Shown: one piece after another, positions 55,835 through 64,000 of the stretch
How the letters are laid out: every line of letters begins with the position of its first letter
Position numbering within the stretch: position 1 is the first letter of the stretch
Translations under genes and position numbers: made by a program
Notes under the pieces: model-generated
What the model saw: the letters and a program-made list of their open reading frames with translations, nothing else
What the model was told of the DNA's origin: nothing
Databases searched by the model: none
From: Nitrospirales bacterium
GTDB lineage: Bacteria; Nitrospirota; Nitrospiria; Nitrospirales; UBA8639
Direction: 5' to 3'
Assembly (NCBI GenBank): GCA_965203295.1
Contig: CBDBCZ010000010.1
Coordinates: 160,001-224,000, forward strand
DNA: 64,000 nt

Positions 55835-56150
55835 AGAAAATCAATAGATACTGATCTGGTATGACTGATACAGAGCCTTGCAGATCAAAATGATGATTAA
55901 TGATAATTAAAGTTAGCAGGGGAAACACAAACACAACTCGGCCTTAACTTACTCCTTCCTCCAAATTGCAGTGATCATGTACTTTGGATTATAAAAGTAA
56001 AAACTGAAAATCAATAGATACTGATGTGGTATGATACTGATACACAACCTTGCAAAACCCTCAGATCAAAATGATGATTAAAATTAGCAGAAAGAAACCC
56101 AAACACAGCTCAGCCTTAACTTACTCCTTCCTCCAAACGGCAGTAATCAT
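55835..56150. repeat. Diverged ~170-bp tandem duplication including the 3' end of the OB-fold gene
   Basis: GAAAATCAATAGATACTGAT..CCTTAACTTACTCCTTCCTCCAAA occurs twice. Confidence 0.8.
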
Positions 56151-57462
56151 CAGTCTAGAATAAGACGTCAAATTTATTACCGAATCGCCGGCGGTCACGA
56201 AAACGTAACCAGGAAGTGCCCACGCTCATTATTACGTGCGGCCGCATCGTTGACGTAATCATTTTACCTAGCCTCGAGGCAGGAGTTGAAGAATTGCTGC
56301 TGTAATGCCCACATGAAGGTACTGAAGTAGTTGCTATAGTTGTAAAATAGTCGAATAACAGGAGATAGAGTGCTAAACGGGGGCTAGTGAGCAATGATAC
56401 TAAGAACGGACTTGCTAGTCGAGATATCAGGCTACCATCAAGGCAAAGCTCACTTACAGTGGCGGAATCGCTCTGAGGAATGCTCTCAACAGGTTTGCAA
56501 CACGCGTAGAGGAACGGTTCATCACCTTACAGCTCGTTCTTGCAAGATACAGCTCCGCAAATACAATTCTGACGGCTACATACGCTAATTAAAGAGCACT
56601 ACAGGGTCGCGCGCGCCGCAGTTGCCTAGGTAATCGTGACGGTATGTGTACACCCACGCGGGAGTGTGAACTTTGAACTCAAAGCTTGGGGGGTCCAGAT
56701 GTTCGATTTTCATCCCTTTTCCCCCCAGATCTTCCAGAATCGCGATCGTTTGCATTCCAAACCACTTGCATCAAGTAGTTCACGTGGAAAGCAACATTTG
56801 GTACGAGTTTCGAGGTTCTCAGAGACTTTGCACCGGTTTGTCCAGAAAATGGAAGGCTGAAAATGGCAGCAAAATGGAGTCGGTAAAAACTGTCATTGAA
56901 GACGAAGTAGAAGAGCTGCGGGAAAGATCTTTTGCAAAAAAGAGTCTAAGAACCAGTGCATTATTTTCGCTGTAGAGTCGTATCTGAAGCGCTCCTAGTT
57001 TCCTCGGTAAGCCTTGCCCGTGTTTCTCAATTTTAAGCCTCAAAATTAAATTGCCTGTATCTCAGCCATTCCGCGGTCGATTGACTCCGGACTTGATTTA
57101 TCGTACGATTCAACCTGTGCTTGTTGGGGCTGTGCTGTAATCCCAGTGCTGGCGAGGTTTGCACCACTTTGTCCAGAAAATGCAAAAAGATCACTTTTTT
57201 CTGATAGGCAGCCGCTTTTTGGTCGTAGGGCCCCGAAAAAGGCCGAGTTCACGCTAATGCTGGGTACCATCGGAACCAGCAAAGGTTGAACTTTCATGCA
57301 ATATGCGGATCTTATGTAGATACGCTTTCTTCTCCGAGATATGAACGCAGACGCGAAGCTCCATTTTTGGGCCTTCCCGCCCCGCTGGCGCCGCCATAAG
57401 GCCCCATATAAAATACGTTTAGTAATAAATAATACACAAACGTGACGTCTTATTCTAGACTG
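56151..57462. mobile_element. Non-autonomous TIR element (1.3 kb, 4-bp TSD; superfamily unassigned)
   Basis: Perfect 20-bp TIR CAGTCTAGAATAAGACGTCA; TSD TCAT at 56147-56150 and 57463-57466. Confidence 0.88.
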
Positions 57463-58477
57463 TCATGTGCTTTGGATTGTAAGAAAGCGAAAACTTCTTG
57501 CTTCTAGCAAATCAAACTCAGTAAATTCAGCAGTATCACTTATCTTGCATAGTTCACTTTTAAAACCGTGCAGCTCAATCTTTTCATTACTAGAGAGATC
57601 TTTCACTTCCAGTATTGCTGAACACATACATGCTGCATCTTCTGCCTTCTGTATCATTGCACATTTGCTACAACGAAGAAACTTCCTTCGGGATTCATCT
57701 TTGATTTACATGATGAACACGACTGATACCTAACAAAGTGCTTAACACTACTAACCACAGCATCAGCAATGTCCTTATCAAAATGCTTCTTCAACTCTCC
57801 TTCATCATAGTCTTGCTCAACACCTTCCAAACCTGGCACTTCTTTCGTCTCCCCCCCTCTCTAGGAAAGGACAAACTCTTCACTCCACCATACCCACGAA
57901 CTAGCATCTTCGAAAATTGGTATGAATGGTTTTCTTCCAGTGTACCAATCATCTCCTCCCACAGTGTCTGCTTCACAGTACCAGATCGATCATCGATTAC
58001 GACATCTTGCTTACGCTTTCCAGTGCGCACAGTAAAAGGGGAGTGGATTTTAACAACCAAGCCTTCAACATCTACCCGATCAAAATTTGCACAATTCTCA
58101 ATCTCACTGAGCATCACAACACTAGCCTCTACACTTGGAAATCAAACTTCTTTGGTGACCCTTCCAACTTCGAGCAATTTTTCAAAACCACTTCAAAGTT
58201 CCCACTGTAAGTGGAACTCCTAACCTCACTGTCAGAGATTTTCACAGTGGACTTCGTTGATGCAAAACCCTTCAACTGCTCCATCTGTTTCTTGCGATAG
58301 CCCCAGAGTAATCTTTTTCTTACCGTCACCGACCTCAGCTGTAAAATACTCGGAATTCTTCCGGCTTTTCTTGATCGGTGACACGTTACTTGGTACGCCC
58401 AAAATCTCGGCTGAACTCTTACATTTGCTAACACTCTCCACGTCCTCAAACTCGTCAAACAACCTCTTGCACGCCAT
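57463..58477 (-). pseudogene. RPA70-like multi-OB-fold ssDNA-binding protein with C4 zinc finger (final codons displaced to ~56120-56150)
   Basis: SPIKKSRKNSEYFTAEVGDG; RVDVEGLVVKIHSPFTVRTGKRKQDVVIDDRSGTVKQTLWEEMIGTLEENHSYQF; YQSCSSCKSKM..CSKCAM. Confidence 0.7.
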
Positions 58478-59212
58478 CTTTGCTGCTATAATACTGCCAC
58501 GTGGCAAGGTTTGAAGGTTGATCAATTACCGTCGCGATACCTAAGCAATCAAACTGACGCGGAGGCTCGCCCCACGATGTCGTACATCATCCTAGTAATA
58601 TAATATTTGCTGGCATATTAGGTATAGTATTAAGGTTTGCTTGTAACATGATTGATGCATGCCTACATGTATATACTCAGCAAAAATATGCCAATGGAGA
58701 ATATCTTTTCCTTACACGTATAACAACCCTCGAGCTGTTTTCAGAAGGATCGAATATCGGTGTAATCAAACCAAGCCTTCGATACTGCTGCTTGAGCCAC
58801 GTCAGTCTATATATTATGCAATGAGATATGAAAAGTACTAGTAATTTAATAGCAAAAAGTTGCATGAGCCACAACCAGATACTATCCATGGTCACAAGCC
58901 TAGTATAGTTATCGTACCCGCGGCGAATTCCACGATCATGTTGCAATCTCAAAAGGATGGCTTTGTAGCTTCTCCAGGAGTAAAACAACTCTTTGAGAAC
59001 GCCTGTTATAGAGGTAAATGATATAAATTTGATCCTAAGAGCGTTGTAGAGAAACTTACTTTCGAGATTTCCTCTGATGGCAGCCATCCTACTTTAGTGA
59101 TCATGTGATAGGTTGTATGTCGCCACCTGCCGCCGTACACTGCCTTCTGCCGCTATGTACCGCCCTGAGCTGCCGTCTGCCACTACGTATTGCTGTTCCG
59201 CTGACCGCCATA

Positions 59213-60136
59213 CCGTAAACTCTGATAAATAACCGGGGGTGGTTATAATTAGAATTAGCAGCCTCAATGGGCGGTTACTTTTACATGGGTGGGTATAATC
59301 ACTGATCGGTTATTTTTGCAAAACAACAGTTACCGTATTGTCCCGAGCAAGCTCACGCAAGAAAAATTATGGGCGGGCGCTTACACGGAGGAGCCCTTTG
59401 AACTACTGAGTTACCACAGTGCAAGGGCCCACCCTCCACTTACTTGTACTGCTTCAGCTACTACCATGAAGCCATTGGAAAGAATGCATGCACTTACCCC
59501 TTATAAAGCTTCAGTAGTACTCCACAGGAAGCCTAGCCTCTGCATGGCCAGTTAACGTATTGCATAGTATTGTGTAATACTGGTATGAATACAAGGTGGG
59601 CGCTTACACCAAACAATAGGCTTATCAAAACTGGCGGGTGGGCGCTTACACAGGGGTGGGTGCTTGCTCGGGACAATATGGTAATAGCGTGGCAGATTTA
59701 TAGAAACATTTCCTACATTGAGATCAGCCCGGTTGATATGAGGTAGGAAGCCTTCAGGCAGGAGAGCTGAACATAATGAGCTCCATAGCTGTTCCTTAGC
59801 TACCGTAGCTTAGTCTTGTTCCCAGAACCCTCCACTAACCGTAGCTAGGGTTTTCTCGCTACGACTAACGCCGACATCTTGGTTTTCAGTCTGATTCTCG
59901 TCGCTATTCTGTACGGTCGTGATTAGCTGCATGCTCTGCTTGCTAGACATTCACACGTGCAAATGCTATTAATTTTACAGATTCAATTTCCTGCCTGGGC
60001 TGCAGGTGCAAATTATGGGTGGTTATGTTTACACAGAAGGTTTTACACGCGAGTGTACTGTTGTTGTAGTAAATTGATCGGTTATACTAGAGGGGCGGTT
60101 ACCTTTAAGGGGGCGGTTATTTATCAGATTTTACGG
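59213..60136. mobile_element. Tc1/mariner-pogo-like MITE (TA TSD)
   Basis: TA-CCGTAAACTCTGATAAATAACCG .. CGGTTATTTATCAGATTTTACGG-TA. Confidence 0.85.
59333..59681. mobile_element. Nested Tc1/mariner-pogo-like MITE (TA TSD)
   Basis: TA-CCGTATTGTCCCGAGCAAGC .. GCTTGCTCGGGACAATATGG-TA. Confidence 0.85.
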
Positions 60137-60812
60137 TATGCCGCCGTCCACCGCTGCATGCTGCCATGTCTTGCAATTTGCCGATGTCCACCGCTACATG
60201 CCGCTGTGTACTGCCATGTGCCATCGTCTGCCACTACGTGCCGGCGTGTGCTGCCGCGGCTGACTTTCTCGGGCACTGTAGGGATGAGCTTCAGTGGATA
60301 CGGGTGAGGAAGACTTGGACGTGGGAAAACGGCTTCGACTAGACCTGGGAGGTACAGATATAGGAAAGCAAATTGGACCCGGCAAGGGTGAAGGTGACTA
60401 TGGTGGCCCATAGGGGTCATCCACTGCAGACTTAGACTGTCGACTTCCTACTTCCACTTCAGACTTCCACTGCAGACTTTCACTTTAGACAATCAAGTTT
60501 TGTGCATGCGTACACCTATAATGCCGTCTGGGCGTGCGCGGTTGCAACGATTATCACTCGTTCACGTTGCATGTGTTATTCACGGATGCGCTGAAACCCT
60601 ATGTCGCCACGTGCGTATAGCAGACAACTGCATGCAATTCTTGCCACAGACTCACTCTCCCTGCCCGGCAACAAACCGTCTACGCGATTATAATGGCCAG
60701 AGAGGCCAGCCTGGTAGAAAAGACCATATTACTTTGTGACACGTGCCGTGAGCGCCGGTCTCGTCCCCATGCGGAGTGAGAAGTCTCAGAGTGAGTACAA
60801 AACGCAGCTAGC

Positions 60813-62972
60813 ATGGTGAAGTTGTGGTTTCTTTTCGTGGCGTTTCTCCTGCTGGTGCCAGTGTACTGTCTTGAGAGGGATGACCCTAGAGTGGATGGTA
60901 ACTCTAGGTGTTTAATAGTGCATGTTTACATGTAGCTACACTGTAGAGCTAGCTATGGTTTTAATTCAACCGTTGACAGGCCTTATTCGATACTACTGGA
61001 GACAACATAAAACTATTGCAGTGATTTTGGCTTACCTAAAGGTCAAACATTATATTCAGTGTGGGTGAGTACTTTAAATATACTACTCATTTTGTAATAT
61101 CAAATGATGTATTATAGTTTGTGTTTGTCTCATGGGCCAAAGATGGCCTGCTGCCCTTGGGGCGAGATGGAAAATTTATATTACGGTCTCGCTAGCACTC
61201 ATGTGACTAATGAGTATTCAGTAAATATGCACATCTTGGAGAGGCTCAGCAAGTTTTTGTTATTAATACAGATTGACGTGGCTAAAGAAGCGTCTAAGGG
61301 AGCTTGGATTACAGAGGAGAGGTCCACTAGTCCGTTACTCATCAATTGCAAGGGTGCAGACAGCTATTCAGGTATGAGAAAGTTTATGATAGGTATGGTA
61401 CATTTCCTATGCAGTATATTATATATTATAATAATTATAATAGCTCTTATTTTTAGAAAGAATTACACGGATGCAACAGCATTATCGGGTACAGACAGAT
61501 GTGGCGGATTTTGCAAAACAAACACAATCTTACTGTAAAAAGGTAAGGACATGATATCAATGAGCCTTGTTATGTTCCCAGGCTCTCGGGCCTGGGAACA
61601 TAACTATAGCATGCCTATGTGCCTACATCACAACTTGTTGTATTTTCTGTAAGGAGTACTGTGCAAATGCTCCTTGCTTTGTCTGACCCTGTGGGTGTAG
61701 CAAGGCGAAAGGCACGCCGCCTAAAGAGAAGAGTTTATCAGAACAAGGTATAAAGTTGCATCTGTATGATGTATGACATTGTGCTACGTTCATGGTAGCA
61801 ATACATGACATTGTACTACTTCTTGATTTGTAGGGTGCTGACTTCGTGTGGCACATAGATGGCTATGATAAGTTGAAGCCGTATGGGTTTCCTATTCATG
61901 CTTGCATTGATGGGTTAGTTTATACATGTATACTCATATTATATTAACTTCATGATCTTCTACTTTATACCCTACAGGTATTCAAGGAAAATTATTATGG
62001 CTAAAACTGTCAAGCACTAATAACAATCCCAGTGTTACTCTATTGTACTACCTGTTGGCAGTTTTAGAGTATCAAGGTATTTCAAATACTGATGGCTGTT
62101 ACCAGTATAAATATGCAGTAATAAATTATTTCTTTAGGTTGCCCTACACTGTTACGCTGTGACAAGGGAACAGAAAATTCTTTTTGTCTGCATATCATAT
62201 GGCAATGAGACATGCACATGGGAATAGCTTAAGTGGAGAAAAAAGCTTTCGTTATGGCAGTTCCACAACTAATACGGTAAAGAGTAGCAGAGTCCAATTT
62301 CAATACTCATTATGACAGTTCTGTTATTATAGGCAGCGTATTGAGAGCTGGTGGTCGCGCATGCGAAGCTCTGTAACAGACTGGCCATTTAAAGACCTGG
62401 TCCAACAAGGACTGTTCAACCCCCAAAATACAGTGCAGAGGTATAAGTTAAGTAAAAACAATGAAGTGTATGTTTTTAAGCTGTTATTTATATATCCCAG
62501 GCATGCACTTGCATATACTTATGGACGGATTCTGGAAGAAGCACTAGAAGCCTTCAGAATACGCTGGAACTCACATAGGATTCGTCCCAGTAGAACTGTT
62601 GGATGCCCTGCAGGAGTTCCAGATGACTTGTATTCCCTGCCTGAACTGACAGGTAATATGATTACGCTGTGGTTCATGAATGTTTGTATATATACATATA
62701 CCTACAATCCATACAAATGTACGTACCTCTACGCTGCGATTAGTATAATTACATGACTTATCATATAGGAACCTGCAGCTATGCCCAATCACTCAATTGT
62801 GACGTGTGGATTCACTGCTACCTTACACATGCATATCAACCAGAAGCCCTGTTTCCTGCTGAGTTTCAACAGGCTGCAGCTGCTGTTCTATCACGTGATT
62901 TTGGAATTGAAGAGAGATATAAATGTAGATAATGCTCAACTTGTTTATTTGCACTTTGTCAATATGTCTTAA
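60813..62972 (+). pseudogene. IS3EU-like (Clr5-like plus integrase core) transposase, many short exons, some frameshifts
   Basis: LIRYYW, IGYRQMWRILQNKH, DPVGVARRKARRLKRRVYQNKGADFVWHIDGYDKLKPYGFPIHACIDG, LRCDKGTEN, RIESWWSRMR, WNSHRIR..GVPDDLY. Confidence 0.85.
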
Positions 62973-63060
62973 GTATTGTGCACTACAGAATGAGAAACCC
63001 AAAGTAGAAGAGTAGCAAGCAGAAAGTATACGGAATCATAAGATTGTGGAGACCGTTCTG

Positions 63061-64000
63061 TCACAGCCTATTTATCATTTCTAGTAGATCATTAATGGGA
63101 GGTCTTGACTCTGGTTTGAGGTTGCAGCATGTACTGCAAATCTCTTGCTGTATGATTGTAAGATGGCTCATGTCTGGCATACAAGGAGGTGTGTCAAAGA
63201 AGCCACAAACACGCATCATGATTTCTGAGGCATCCAAATTTGGCCATACTCAACGGCGTCCAAACAACTCCAGAAGTGTACATCCAAGGGAGTAGACATC
63301 TACTGCTGTACCTCTTCGTGATGTTTTGTACATTTTCGGAGCCATATATGGGTATGTACCAAGCCCTTTTCCAACAGCTGTGACAGTTGCTTCGGTAGCC
63401 TTCTTCAGGCGTGTCACTCCCATGTCACAAATCTGCACTTGTTTGAGATCTTTGACCTATAATTAAAAAAAAAGCTGGTTTCAAAAGCAGTAACTTGGGC
63501 ATGCAATAAATTTACCAGAATATTCTGAGGTTTCAAATCCTGATGTATAATAAGTGGGTCATGATGATGCATGTAGATGACTCCCTTTGTAATCTGCACT
63601 GCAATATACTTCACGTTCTCTTAACTATAACCAAAAAATGCATGTTAATCATGCATGCCATAGTACTAGTAGCAGTTAAGGTACATGTACATTACCGGCA
63701 CTGGATTCTTTCCGAAGAGAATCTTGTCCAAGTTAGAACCGTCAACTAGATTCATAACGATCACAATATCGTCTTCCACAATAGCATATCCATGCAATTT
63801 TACAATGCTAGGTGATCGAGCTGCCTATAAGAATGTAAATAGTTGGGGGTGGGATAGCATAAACACAAATGTTTTGGTACCCATACCTCAGGACCTCTAT
63901 CTCCTGAAAGTTTGACAGGTTGTCTGTATTGAAACCGGGAGGGATTCTGATCTTCAGGGCAACTGTATTCCCTCTCCACTTCCCACGGTGTACTACAGCA
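63061..64000 (-). pseudogene. TKL-like Ser/Thr protein kinase (5' end outside window; one in-frame stop)
   Basis: VHRGKWRGNTVALK, IIHQDLKPQNIL, ICDMG, GTYPYMAPKMY, DVYSLGCTLLELF, PESRP. Confidence 0.85.

Overview
Eukaryotic (animal, probably a non-bilaterian invertebrate such as a sponge; this is inferred from short GT-AG introns and the element families) transposon-dense region with no intact host gene. The left 37 kb is one nested structure. A Merlin DNA transposon (6001-37475, 8-bp TSD) was split by a KDZ/Kyakuja-like transposon (7215-37089, 8-bp TSD, inverted subterminal arrays). That element encodes a CxC5/CxC6 KDZ transposase with an apparent internal chromodomain, head-to-head with a DUF3987-like P-loop gene. 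It was later invaded by a piggyBac, an Ngaro-type tyrosine-recombinase retrotransposon, an internally deleted LINE, a CACTA element carrying a C14orf93-like gene, and four TTAA MITEs of similar size. Next come two internally deleted Gypsy elements and a degenerate palindrome. After these, an IS3EU-like transposase pseudogene is split by a Crypton and by a Helentron-type element carrying an RPA70-like OB-fold gene. At the right end, a second IS3EU-like transposase lies tail-to-tail with a TKL-like kinase. Nearly all coding regions are degraded. Family calls come from motif recognition by eye, not from database searches.
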